DNA of 64,000 nt, from the NCBI GenBank assembly GCA_964016885.1, contig OZ024741.1:403310001-403374000 (forward strand), written 5' to 3'. This stretch comes from Eledone cirrhosa (taxonomy: Eukaryota). Both the position numbers and the translations under genes were made by a program. The notes beneath the pieces are model-generated. The model saw nothing but the letters and a program-made list of their open reading frames with translations. It did no database searches and was not told the DNA's origin. Positions 1 to 15,000 of this stretch are shown here, piece by piece; positions within the stretch are counted from its first letter, which is position 1, and the number at the start of each line of letters is the position of its first letter.

Positions 1-3000
1 GTGACTACTACCTTTAACCCAGGTAGGGACTATCTTTAACCCAGGTAGGGACTATTATCTTTAACCCAGGTAGTGACTACTATCTTTAACCCAGGTAGTG
101 ACTACTATCTTTAACCCAGGTAGTGACTATCTTTAACCCAGGTAGGGACTATTATCTTTAACCCAGGTAGTGACTACTATCTTTAACCCAGGTAGTGACT
201 TCTATCTTTAACCCAGGTAGGGACTACTATCTTTAACCCAGGTAGTGACTTCTATCTTTAACCCAGGTAGTGACTATCTTTAACCCAGGTAGGGACTATT
301 ATCTTTAACGCAGGTAGTGACTACTACCTTTAACCCAGGTAGTGACTATCTTTAACCCAGGTAGTGACTACTATCTTTAACCCAGGTAGTGACTATCTTT
401 AACCCAGGTAGGGACTATTATCTTTAACCCAGGTAGTGACTACTATCTTTAACCCAGGTAGGGACTACTATCTTTAACCCAGGTAGGGACTATCTTTAAC
501 CCAAGTAGGGACTACTATCTTTAACCCAGGTAGTGACTACTACCTTTAACCCAGGTAGTGACTATCTTTAACCCAAGTAGGGACTACTATCTTTAACCCA
601 GGTAGTGACTACTACCTTTAACCCAGGTAGTGACTATCTTTAACCCAGGTAGTGACTACTATCTTTAACCCAGGTAGTGACTATCTTTAACCCAGGTAGG
701 GACTATTATCTTTAACCCAGGTAGTGACTACTATCTTTAACCCAGGTAGGGACTACTATCTTTAACCCAGGTAGGGACTACTATCTTTAACCCAGGTAGT
801 GACTATCTTTAACCCAGGTAGTGACTACTATCTTTAACCCAGGTAGGGACTATTATCTTTAACCCAGGTAGTGACTACTATCTTTAACCCAGGTAGGGAC
901 TACTATCTTTAACCCAGGTAGTGACTACTATCTTTAACCCAGGTAGTGACTATCTTTAACCCAGGTAGGGACTACTATCTTTAACCCTGGTAGGGACTAC
1001 TATCTTTAACCCAGGTAGTGACTACTATCTTTAACCCAGGTAGTGACTATCTTTAACCCAGGTAGGGACTACTATCTTTAACCCAGGTAGGGACTACTAT
1101 CTTTAACCCAGGTAGTGACTACTATCTTTAACCCAGGTAGTGACTATCTTTAACCCAGGTAGGGACTACTATCTTTAACCCTGGTAGGGACTACTATCTT
1201 TAACCCAGGTAGTGACTACTATCTTTAACCCAGGTAGGGACTACTATCTTTAACCCTGGTAGGGACTACTATCTTTAACCCAGGTAGTGACTTCTATCTT
1301 TAACCCAGGTAGTGACTATCTTTAACCCAGGTAGTGACTACTATCTTTAACCCAGGTAGGGACTATTATCTTTAACCCAGGTAGTGACTACTATCTTTAA
1401 CCCAGGTAGGGACTACTATCTTTAACCCAGGTAGTGACTACTACCTTTAACCCAGGTAGGGACTATTATCGTTAACCCAGGTAGTGACTACTATCTTTAA
1501 CCCAGGTAGTGACTACTACCTTTAACCCAGGTAGGGACTATCTTTAACCCAGGTAGGGACTATTATCTTTAACCCAGGTAGTGACTACTATCTTTAACCC
1601 AGGTAGTGACTACTATCTTTAACCCAGGTAGTGACTATCTTTAACCCAGGTAGGGACTATTATCTTTAACCCAGGTAGTGACTACTATCTTTAACCCAGG
1701 TAGTGACTTCTATCTTTAACCCAGGTAGGGACTACTATCTTTAACCCAGGTAGTGACTTCTATCTTTAACCCAGGTAGTGACTATCTTTAACCCAGGTAG
1801 AGACTATTATCTTTAACGCAGGTAGTGACTACTACCTTTAACCCAGGTAGTGACTATCTTTAACCCAAGTAGGGACTACTATCTTTAACCCAGGTAGTGA
1901 CTACTACATTTAACCCAGGTAGTGACTATCTTTAACCCAAGTAGGGACTACTATCTTTAACCCAGGTAGTGACTACTACCTTTAACCCAGGTAGTGACTA
2001 TCTTTAACCCAAGTAGGGACTACTATCTTTAACCCAGGTAGTGACTACTACCTTTAACCCAGGTAGTGACTATCTTTAACCCAGGTAGTGACTACTATCT
2101 TTAACCCAGGTAGTGACTATCTTTAACCCAGGTAGGGACTATTATCTTTAACCCAGGTAGTGACTACTATCTTTAACCCAGGTAGGGACTACTATCTTTA
2201 ACCCAGGTAGGGACTACTATCTTTAACCCAGGTAGTGACTATCTTTAACCCAGGTAGTGACTACTATCTTTAACCCAGGTAGGGACTACTATCTTTAACC
2301 CAGGTAGGGACTACTATCTTTAACCCAGGTAGTGACTATCTTTAACCCAGGTAGGGACTACTATCTTTAACCCAAGTAGTGACTACTATCTTTAACCCAG
2401 GTAGGGACTATCTTTAACCCAGGTAGGGACTACTATCTTTAACCCAGGTAGTGACTACTATCTTTAACCCAGGTAGGGACTACTATCTTTAACCCAGGTA
2501 GTGACTACTACCTTTAACCCAGGTAGGGACTATTATCTTTAACCCAGGTAGTGACTACTATCTTTAACCCAGGTAGTGACTACTACCTTTAACCCAGGTA
2601 GGGACTATCTTTAACCCAGGTAGTGACTACTATCTTTAACCCAGGTAGTGACTATCTTTAACCCAGGTAGGGACTACTATCTTTAACCCAGGTAGTGACT
2701 ACTACCTTTAACCCAGGTAGTGACTACTATCTTTAACCCAGGTAGTGACTTCTATCTTTAACCCAGGTAGGGACTTCTATCTTTAACCCAGGTAGTGACT
2801 ACTATCTTTAACCCAGGTAGTGACTATCTTTAACCCAGGTAGGGACTACTATCTTTAACCCAGGTAGTGACTACTACCTTTAACCCAGGTAGGGACTACT
2901 ATCTTTAACCCAGGTAGGGACTACTATCTTTAACCCAGGTAGTGACTACTACCTTTAACCCAGGTAGTGACTACTATCTTTAACCCAGGTAGGGACTACT

Positions 3001-6000
3001 ATCTTTAACCCAGGTAGGGACTACTATCTTTAACCCAGGTAGTGACTATCTTTAACCCAGGTAGGGACTACTATCTTTAACCCAGGTAGTGACTACTATC
3101 TTTAACCCAGGTAGTGACTATCTTTAACCCAGGTAGGGACTACTATCTTTAACCCTGGTAGGGACTACTATCTTTAACCCAGGTAGTGACTACTATCTTT
3201 AACCCAGGTAGGGACTACTATCTTTAACCCTGGCAGGGACTACTATCTTTAACCCAGGTAGTGACTTCTATCTTTAACCCAGGTAGTGACTATCTTTAAC
3301 CCAGGTAGTGACTACTATCTTTAACCCAGGTAGGGACTATTATCTTTAACCCAGGTAGTGACTACTATCTTTAACCCAGGTAGGGACTACTATCTTTAAC
3401 CCAGGTAGTGACTACTACCTTTAACCCAGGTAGGGACTATTATCTTTAACCCAGGTAGTGACTACTATCTTTAACCCAGGTAGTGACTACTACCTTTAAC
3501 CCAGGTAGGGACTATCTTTAACCCAGGTAGGGACTATTATCTTTAACCCAGGTAGTGACTACTATCTTTAACCCAGGTAGTGACTACTATCTTTAACCCA
3601 GGTAGTGACTATCTTTAACCCAGGTAGGGACTATTATCTTTAACCCAGGTAGTCACTACTATCTTTAACCCAGGTAGTGACTTCTATCTTTAACCCAGGT
3701 AGGGACTACTATCTTTAACCCAGGTAGTGACTTCTATCTTTAACCCAGGTAGTGACTATCTTTAACCCAGGTAGGGACTATTATCTTTAACGCAGGTAGT
3801 GACTTCTATCTTTAACCCTGGTAGGGACTACTATCTTTAACCCAGGTAGTGACTACTATCTTTAACCCAGGTAGTGACTATCTTTAACCCAAGTAGGGAC
3901 TACTATCTTTAACCCAGGTAGTGACTACTACATTTAACCCAGGTAGTGACTATCTTTAACCCAAGTAGGGACTACTATCTTTAACCCAGGTAGTGACTAC
4001 TACCTTTAACCCAGGTAGTGACTATCTTTAACCCAAGTAGGGACTACTATCTTTAACCCAGGTAGGGACTACTATCTTTAACCCAGGTAGTGACTTCTAT
4101 CTTTAACCCAGGTAGTGACTATCTTTAACCCAGGTAGGGACTATTATCTTTAACGCAGGTAGTGACTTCTATCTTTAACCCTGGTAGGGACTACTATCTT
4201 TAACCCAGGTAGTGACTACTATCTTTAACCCAGGTAGTGACTATCTTTAACCCAAGTAGGGACTACTATCTTTAACCCAGGTAGTGACTACTACATTTAA
4301 CCCAGGTAGTGACTATCTTTAACCCAAGTAGGGACTACTATCTTTAACCCAGGTAGTGACTACTACCTTTAACCCAGGTAGTGACTATCTTTAACCCAAG
4401 TAGGGACTACTATCTTTAACCCAGGTAGTGACTACTATCTTTAACCCAGGTAGTGACTACTATCTTTAACCCAGGTAGTGACTACTATCTTTAACCCAGG
4501 TAGGGACTACTATCTTTAACCCAGGTAGTGACTACTACCTTTAACCCAGGTAGTGACTATCTTTAACCCAGGTAGTGACTACTATCTTTAACCCAGGTAG
4601 TGACTATCTTTAACCCAGGTAGGGACTATTATCTTTAACTCAGGTAGTGACTACTATCTTTAACCCAGGTAGGGACTACTATCTTTAACCCAGGTAGGGA
4701 CTACTATCTTTAACCCAGGTAGTGACTACTATCTTTAACCCAGGTAGGGACTACTATCTTTAACCCAGGTAGTGACTATCTTTAAGCCAGGTAGTGACTA
4801 CTATCTTTAACCCAGGTAGGGACTATTATCTTTAACCCAGGTAGTGACTACTATCTTTAACCCAGGTAGGGACTACTATCTTTAACCCAGGTAGTGACTA
4901 CTACCTTTAACCCAGGTAGGGACTATTATCTTTAACCCAGGTAGTGACTACTATCTTTAACCCAGGTAGTGACTACTACCTTTAACCCAGGTAGGGACTA
5001 TCTTTAACCCAGGTAGTGACTACTATCTTTAACCCAGGTAGTGACTATCTTTAACCCAGGTAGGGACTACTATCTTTAACCCAGGTAGTGACTACTACCT
5101 TTAACCCAGGTAGTGACTACTATCTTTAACCCAGGTAGTGACTTCTATCTTTAACCCAGGTAGGGACTTCTATCTTTAACCCAGGTAGTGACTACTATCT
5201 TTAACCCAGGTAGTGACTATCTTTAACCCAGGTAGGGACTACTATCTTTAACCCAGGTAGTGACTACTACCTTTAACCCAGGTAGGGACTACTATCTTTA
5301 ACCCAGGTAGGGACTACTATCTTTAACCCAGGTAGTGACTACTACCTTTAACCCAGGTAGTGACTACTATCTTTAACCCAGGTAGGGACTACTATCTTTA
5401 ACCCAGGTAGGGACTACTATCTTTAACCCAGGTAGTGACTATCTTTAACCCAGGTAGGGTCTACTATCTTTAACCCAGGTAGTGACTACTACCTTTAACC
5501 CAGGTAGGGACTACTATCTTTAACCCAGGTAGTGACTACTATCTTTAACCCAGGTAGGGACTACTATCTTTAACCCAGGTAGTGACTACTATCTTTAACC
5601 CAGGTAGGGACTACTATCTTTAACCCAGGTAGGGACTACTATCTTTAACCCAGGTAGGGACTACTATCTTTAACCCAGGTAGGGACTATCTTTAACCCAG
5701 GTAGTGACTACTATCTTTAACCCAGGTAGGGAATACTATCTTTAACCCAGGTAGGGACTACTATCTTTAACCCTGGTAGGGACTACTATCTTTAACCCAG
5801 GTAGTGACTACTATCTTTAACCCAGGTAGGGACTACTATCTTTAACCCAGGTAGTGACTACTATCTTTAACCCAGGTAGTGACTACTATCTTTAACCCAG
5901 GTAGTGACTACTATCTTTAACCCAGGTAGTGACTACTATCTTTAACCCAGGTAGTGACTACTACCTTTAACCCAGGTAGTGACTACTATCTTTAACCCAG

Positions 6001-9000
6001 GTAGGGACTACTATCTTTAACCCAGGTAGGGACTACTATCTTTAACCCAGGTAGGGACTATCTTTAACCCAGGTAGGGACTACTATCTTTAACCCAGGTA
6101 GTGACTACTATCTTTAACCCAGGTAGGGACTACTATCTTTAAACCAGGTAGTGACTACTACCTTTAACCCAGGTAGTGACTACTATCTTTAACCCAGGTA
6201 GGGACTACTATCTTTAACCCAGGTAGGGACTACTATCTTTAACCCAGGTAGGGACTATCTTTAACCCAGGTAGGGACTACTATCTTTAACCCAGGTAGTG
6301 ACTACTATCTTTAACCCAGGTAGGGACTACTATCTTTAACCCAGGTAGTGACTACTATCTTTAACCCAGGTAGTGACTACTATCTTTAACCCAGGTAGGG
6401 ACTACTATCTTTAACCCAGGTAGGGACTACTATCTTTAACCCAGGTAGGGACTATCTTTAACCCAGGTAGGGACTACTATCTTTAACCCAGGTAGGGACT
6501 ACTATCTTTAACCCAGGTAGGGACTACTATCTTTAACCCAGGTAGGGACTACTATCTTTAACCCAGGTAGGGACTATCTTTAACCCAGGTAGGGACTACT
6601 ATCTTTAACCCAGGTAGGGACTACTATCTTTAACCCAGGTAGGGACTACTATCTTTAACCCAGGTAGGGACTACTATCTTTAACCCAGGTAGGGACTATC
6701 TTTAACCCAGGTAGGGACTACTATCTTTAACCCAGGTAGTGACTACTATCTTTAACCCAGGTAGGGACTACTATCTTTAACCCAGGTAGGGACTACTACC
6801 TTTAACCCAGGTAGGGACTACCTTTAACCCAGGTAGTGACTACTACCTTTAACCCAGGTAGGGACTACTATCTTTAACCCAGGTAGGGACTACTACCTTT
6901 AACCCAGGTAGGGACTACCTTTAACCCAGGTAGTGACTACTACCTTTAACCCAGGTAGGGACTACTATCTTTAACCCAGGTAGTGACTACTACCTTTAAC
7001 CCAGGTAGGGACTACTATCTTTAACCCAGGTAGGGACTACTACCTTTAACCCAGGTAGGGACTACCTTTAACCCAGGTAGTGACTACTATCTTTAAGCCA
7101 GGTAGTGACTACTATCTTTAACCCAGGTAGGGACTACTATCTTTAACCCAGGTAGGGACTACTATCTTTAACCCAGGTAGTGACTACTATCTTTAAGCCA
7201 GGTAGTGACTACTATCTTTAACCCAGGTAGGGACTACTATCTTTAAGCCAGGTAGTGACTACTACCTTTAACCCAGGTAGTGACTACTACCTTTAACCCA
7301 GGTAGGGACTACTACCTTTAACCCAGGTAGTGACTACTACCTTTAACCCAGGTAGTGACTACTACCTTTAACCCAGGTAGTGACTACTATCTTTAACCCA
7401 GGTAGGGACTACTATCTTTAACCCAGGTAGTGACTACTATCTTTAACCCAGGTAGGGACTACTATCTTTAACCCAGGTAGGGACTACTACCTTTAACCCA
7501 GGTAGGGACTACTATCTTTAACCCAGGTAGGGACTACTATCTTTAACCCAGGTAGTGACTACTATCTTTAACCCAGGTAGGGACTACTATCTTTAACCCA
7601 GGTAGTGACTACTATCTTTAACCCAGGTAGTGACTACTATCTTTAACCCAGGTAGTGACTACTATCTTTAACCCAGGTAGGGACTTCTATCTTTAACCAA
7701 GGTAGTGACTATCTTTAACCCTGGTAGTGACTACTATCTTTAACCCAGGTAGGGACTACTATCTTTAACCCAGGTAGTGACTACTACCTTTAACCCAGGT
7801 AGTGACTACTACCTTTAACCCAGGTAGTGACTACTATCTTTAAGCCAGGTAGTGACTACTATCTTTAACCCAGGTAGTGACTACTATCTTTAACCCAGGT
7901 ATCGACTACTATCTTTAAGCCAGGTAGTGACTACTATCTTTAACCCAAGTAGTGACTACTATCTTTAACCCAGGTAGTGACTACTATCTTTAACCCAAGT
8001 AGTGACTACTATCTTTAACCCAAGTAGTGACTACTATCTTTAACCCAAGTAGTGACTACTATCTTTAACCCAAGTAGTGACTACTATCTTTAACCCAGGT
8101 AGTGACTACTATCTTTAAGCCAGGTAGTGACTACTATCTTTAACCCAGGTAGTGACTACTATCTTTAACCCAAGTAGTGACTACTATCTTTAACCCAGGT
8201 AGTGACTACTATCTTTAAGCCAGGTAGTGACTTCTATCTTTAACCCAGGTAGTGACTACTATCTTTAACCCAGGTAGTGACTACTACCTTTAACCCAGGT
8301 AGGGACTACTATCTTTAACCCAGGTAGTGACTACTATCTTTAACCCAGGTAGTGACTACTACCTTTAACCCAGGTAGGGACTACTATCTTTAACCCAGGT
8401 AGTGACTACTATCTTTAACCCAGGTAGTGACTATCTTTAACCCAGGTAGTGACTACTATCTTTAACCCAGGTAGTGACTACTATCTTTAACCCAGGTAGT
8501 GACTATCTTTAACCCAGGTAGTGACTACTATCTTTAACCCAAGTAGTGACTACTATCTTTAACCCAGGTAGTGGCTACTATCTTTAAGCCAGGTAGTGAC
8601 TACTATCTTTAACCCAGGTAGTGACTACTATCTTTAACCCTGGTAGTGACTACTATCTTTAACCCAGGTAGGGACTACTATCTTTAACCCAGGTAGGGAC
8701 TACTATCTTTAACCCAGGTAGTGACTACTACCTTTAACCCTGGTAGTGACTACTATCTTTAACCCAGGTAGTGACTACTATCTTTAACCCAAGTAGTGAC
8801 TACTATCTTTAACCCAGGTAGTGACTACTACCTTTAACCCAGGTAGTGACTACTACCTTTAACCCAGGTAGGGACTACTATCTTTAACCCAGGTAGGGAC
8901 TACTATCTTTAACCCAGGTAGGGACTACTACCTTTAACCCAGGTAGTGACTACTATCTTTAACCCAGGTAGTGACTACTACCTTTAACCCAGGTAGGGAC

Positions 9001-12000
9001 TACTATCTTTAACCCAGGTAGTGACTACTATCTTTAACCCAGGTAGTGGCTACTATCTTTAACCCAGGTAGGGACTACTATCTTTAACCCAGGTAGTGAC
9101 TATCTTTAACCCAGGTAGTGACTACTATCTTTAACCCAGGTAGTGACTATCTTTAACCCAGGTAGTGACTACTATCTTTAACCCAGGTAGTGACTACTAC
9201 CTTTAACCCAGGTAGTGACTACTATCTTTAACCCAAGTAGTGACTACTATCTTTAACCCAGGTAGTGACTACTATCTTTAACCCAGGTAGGGACTACTAT
9301 CTTTAACCCAGGTAGTGACTACTATCTTTAACCCAAGTAGTGACTACTATCTTTAACCCAGGTAGTGACTACTACCTTTAACCCAGGTAGGGACTACTAT
9401 CTTTAACCCAGGTAGTGACTACTATCTTTAACCCAGGTAGGGACTACTATCTTTAACCCAGGTAGTGACTACTATCTTTAACCCAGGTAGTGACTACTAT
9501 CTTTAACCCAGGTAGGGACTACTATCTTTAACCCAGGTAGGGACTACTATCTTTAACCCAGGTAGTGACTACTATCTTTAACCCAGGTAGGGACTACTAT
9601 CTTTAACCCAGGTAGTGACTACTATCTTTAACCCAGGTAGGGACTACTATCTTTAACCCAGGTAGTGACTACTAGCTTTAACCCAGGTAGGGACTACTAT
9701 CTTTAACCCAGGTAGTGACTACTATCTTTAATCCAGGTAGGGACTACTATCTTTAACCCAGGTAGGGACTACTACCTTTAACCCAGGTAGGGACTACCTT
9801 TAACCCAGGTAGTGACTACTATCTTTAAGCCAGGTAGTGACTACTATCTTTAACCCAGGTAGTGACTACTATCTTTAACCCAGGTAGTGACTACTATCTT
9901 TAACCCAGGTAGTGACTACTATCTTTAACCCAGGTAGTGACTGTCTTTAACCCAGGTAGGGACTACTATCTTTAACCCAGGTAGGGACTACTATCTTTAA
10001 CCCAGGTAGGGACTACTATCTTTAACCCAGGTAGGGACTACTATCTTTAACCCAGGTAGTGACTACTATCTTTAACCCAGGTAGTGACTTCTATCTTTAA
10101 CCCAGGTAGGGACTACTATCTTTAACCCAGGTAGTGACTACTATCTTTAACCCAGGTAGTGACTACTATCTTTAACCCAGGTAGTGACTGTCTTTAACCC
10201 AGGTAGGGACTACTATCTTTAACCCAGGTAGGGACTACTATCTTTAACCCAGGTAGGGACTACTATCTTTAACCCAGGTAGTGACTACTATCTTTAACCC
10301 AGGTAGTGACTACTATCTTTAACCCAGGTAGTGACTGTCTTTAACCCAGGTAGGGACTACTATCTTTAACCCAGGTAGGGACTACTATCTTTAACCCAGG
10401 TAGGGACTACTATCTTTAACCCAGGTAGTGACTACTATCTTTAACCCAGGTAGGGACTACTATCTTTAATCCAGGTAGGGACTACTATCTTTAACCCAGG
10501 TAGGGACTACTATCTTTAACCCAGGTAGTGACTACTATCTTTAACCCAGGTAGTGACTTCTATCTTTAACCCAGGTAGGGACTACTATCTTTAACCCAGG
10601 TAGTGACTACTATCTTTAACCCAGGTAGTGACTACTATCTTTAACCCAGGTAGTGACTGTCTTTAACCCAGGTAGGGACTACTATCTTTAACCCAGGTAG
10701 GGACTACTATCTTTAACCCAGGTAGGGACTACTATCTTTAACCCAGGTAGTGACTACTATCTTTAACCCAGGTAGTGACTTCTATCTTTAACCCAGGTAG
10801 GGACTACTATCTTTAACCCAGGTAGTGACTACTATCTTTAACCCAGGTAGGGACTACTATCTTTAACCCAGGTAGTGACTACTACCTTTAACCCAGGTAG
10901 TGACTTCTATCTTTAACCCAGGTAGGGACTACTATCTTTAACCCAGGTAGGGACTACTATCTTTAACCCAGGTAGTGACTACTATCTTTAACCCAGGTAG
11001 TGACTACTATCTTTAACCCAGGTAAGGACTACTATCTTTAACCCAGGTAGTGACTACTACCTTTAACCCAGGTAGTGACTTCTATCTTTAACCCAGGTAG
11101 GGTCTACTATCTTTAACCCAGGTAGTGACTACTACCTTTAACCCAGGTAGGGACTACTATCTTTAACCCAGGTAGTGACTACTATCTTTAACCCAGGTAG
11201 GGACTACTATCTTTAACCCAGGTAGGGACTACTATCTTTAACCCAGGTAGGGACTACTACCTTTAACCCAGGTAGGGACTACTATCTTTAACCCAGGTAG
11301 TGACTTCAATCTTTAACCCAGGTAGGGACTACTATCTTTAACCCAGGTAGTGACTACTATCTTTAACCCAGGTAGGGACTACTACCTTTAACCCAGGTAG
11401 GGACTACTCTCTTTAACCCAGGTAGGGACTACTACCTTTAACCCAGGTAGGGACTACTATCTTTAACCCAGGTAGTGACTTCTATCTTTAACCCAGGTAG
11501 GGACTACTATCTTTAACCCAGGTAGGGACTACTATCTTTAACCCAGGTAGGGACTATCTTTAACCCAGGTAGGGACTACTATCTTTAACCCAGGTAGTGA
11601 CTACTATCTTTAACCCAGGTAGGGACTACTATCTTTAACCCAGGTAGTGACTACTATCTTTAACCCAGGTAGGGACTACTATCTTTAACCCAGGTAGGGA
11701 CTACTACCTTTAACCCAGGTAGTGACTACTATCTTTAACCCAGGTAGGGACTACTATCTTTAAGCCAGGTAGTGACTACTATCTTTAACCCAGGTAGGGA
11801 CTACTATCTTTAACCCAGGTAGTGACTACTATCTTTAAACCAGGTAGGGACTACTATCTTTAACCCAGGTAGTGACTACTATCTTTAACCCAGGTAGGGA
11901 CTACTATCTTTAACCCAGGTAGGGACTACTACCTTTAACCCAGGTAGGGACTACCTTTAACCCAGGTAGTGACTACTATCTTTAAGCCAGGTAGTGACTA

Positions 12001-15000
12001 CTATCTTTAACCCAGGTAGTGACTACTATCTTTAACCCAGGTAGGGACTACTACCTTTAACCCAGGTAGTGACTACTATCTTTAACCCAGGTAGGGACTA
12101 CTACCTTTAACCCAGGTAGGGACTACCTTTAACCCAGGTAGTGACTACTATCTTTAAGCCAGGTAGTGACTACTATCTTTAACCCAGGTAGGGACTACTA
12201 TCTTTAACCCAGGTAGGGACTACTACCTTTAACCCAGGTAGGGACTACCTTTAACCCAGGTAGTGACTACTATCTTTAAGCCAGGTAGTGACTACTATCT
12301 TTAACCCAGGTAGTGACTACTGTCTTTAACCCAGGTAGGGACTACTATCTTTAACCCAGGTAGGGACTTCTATCTTTAACCCAGGTAGTGACTACTACCT
12401 TTAACCCTGGTAGGGACTACTATCTTTAACCCAGGTAGGGACTACCACCTTTAACCCAGGTAGGGACTACCTTTAACCCAGGTAGTGACTTCTATCTTTA
12501 ACCCAGGTAGGGACTACTATATTTAACCCAGGTAGTGACTTCTATCTTTAACCCAGGTAGGGACTACTATCTTTAACCCAGGTAGGGACTACTATCTTTA
12601 ACCCAGGTAGTGACTACTATCTTTAACCCTGGTAGTGACTACTACCTTTAACCCAGGTAGTGACTATCTTTAACCCAGGTAGGGACTACTACCTTTAACC
12701 CAGGTAGTGACTTCTATCTTTAACCCAGGTAGGGTCTACTATCTTTAACCCAGGTAGTGACTACTACCTTTAACCCAGGTAGGGACTACTATCTTTAACC
12801 CAGGTAGTGACTACTATCTTTAACCCAGGTAGGGACTACTATCTTTAACCCAGGTAGGGACTACTACCTTTAACCCAGGTAGGGACTACTATCTTTAACC
12901 CAGGTAGTGACTACTATCTTTAACCCAGGTAGGGACTACTATCTTTAACCCAGGTAGGGACTACTATCTTTAACCCAGGTAGGGACTACTATCTTTAACC
13001 CAGGTAGGGACTACTATCTTTAACCCAGGTAGGGACTACTATCTTTAACCCAGGTAGGGACTACTACCTTTAACCCAGGTAGGGACTACTATCTTTAACC
13101 CAGGTAGTGACTACTATCTTTAACCCAGGTAGTGACTACTACCTTTAACCCAGGTAGGGACTACTATCTTTAACCCAGGTAGGGACTACTATCTTTAACC
13201 CAGGTAGGGACTACTATCTTTAACCCAGGTAGTGACTACTATCTTTAACCCAGGTAGGGACTACTACCTTTAACCCAGGTAGTGACTACTATCTTTAACC
13301 CTGGTAGTGACTAATATCTTTAACCCTGGTAGGGACTACTATCTTTAACCCAGGTAGGGACTACTACCTTTAACCCAGGTAGTGACTACTATCTTTAACC
13401 CAGGTAGTGACTACTACCTTTAACCCAGGTAGGGACTTCTATCTTTAACCCAGGTAGTGACTACTATCTTTAACCCAGATAGTGACTATCTTTAACCCAG
13501 GTAGGGACTACTATCTTTAACCCAGGTATCGACTACTATCTTTAACCCAGGTAGTGACTACTACCTTTAACCCAGGTAGGGACTTCTATCTTTAACCCAG
13601 GTAGTGACTACTATCTTTAACCCAGGTAGTGACTACTATCTTTAACCCTGGTAGTGACTAATATCTTTAACCCTGGTAGTGACTTCTATCTTTAACCCAG
13701 GTAGTGACTATCTTTAACCCAGGTAGGGACTACTATCTTTAACCCAGGTATCGACTACTATCTTTAACCCAGGTAGTGACTACTATCTTTAACCCAGGTA
13801 GGGACTACTATCTTTAACCCAGGTAGGGACTACTATCTTTAACCCAGGTATCGACTACTATCTTTAACCCAGGTAGGGACTACTATCTTTAACCCAGGTA
13901 GGGACTACTATCTTTAACCCAGGTAGTGACTACTATCTTTAACCCAGGTAGGGACTACTATCTTTAACCCAGGTAGTGGCTACTATCTTTAACCCAGGTA
14001 TCGACTACTATCTTTAACCCAGGTAGGGACTACTATCTTTAACCCAGGTATCGACTACTATCTTTAACCCAGGTAGGGACTACTATCTTTAACCCAGGTA
14101 GTGACTACTATCTTTAACCCAGGTATCGACTACTATCTTTAACCCAGGTAGTGACTACTATCTTTAACCCAGGTAGGGACTACTATCTTTAACCCAGGTA
14201 GGGACTACTATCTTTAACCCAGGTAGGGACTACTATCTTTAACCCAGGTAGGGACTACTATCTTTAAGCCAGGTAGTGACTACTATCTTTAACCAAGGTA
14301 GTGACTATCTTTAACCCTGGTAGTGACTACTATCTTTAACCCAGGTAGGGACTACTATCTTTAACCCAGGTAGTGACTACTACCTTTAACCCAGGTAGTG
14401 ACTACTACCTTTAACCCAGGTAGTGACTACTACCTTTAACCCAGGTAGGGACTACTATCTTTAACCCAGGTAGGGACTACTATCTTTAACCCTGGTAGTG
14501 ACTACTATCTTTAACCCAGGTAGGGACTACTATCTTTAACCCTGGTAGTGACTACTACCTTTAACCCAGGTAGTGACTACTATCTTTAACCCAGGTAGTG
14601 ACTACTATCTTTAACCCAGGTAGTGACTACTATCTTTAACCCTGGTAGTGACTACTATCTTTAACCCAAGTAGGGACTACTATCTTTAACCCAGGTAGGG
14701 ACTACTATCTTTAACCCAGGTAGTGACTACTACCTTTAACCCAGGTAGTGACTACTACCTTTAACCCAGGTAGGGACTACTATCTTTAACCCAGGTAGGG
14801 ACTACTATCTTTAACCCAGGTAGGGACTACTATCTTTAACCCAGGTAGGGACTACTATCTTTAACCCAAGTAGTGACTACTATCTTTAACCCAGGTAGGG
14901 ACTACTACCTTTAACCCAGGTAGGGACTACTATCTTTAACCCAGGTAGGGACTACTATCTTTAACCCAGGTAGGGACTACTATCTTTAACCCAGGTAGGG

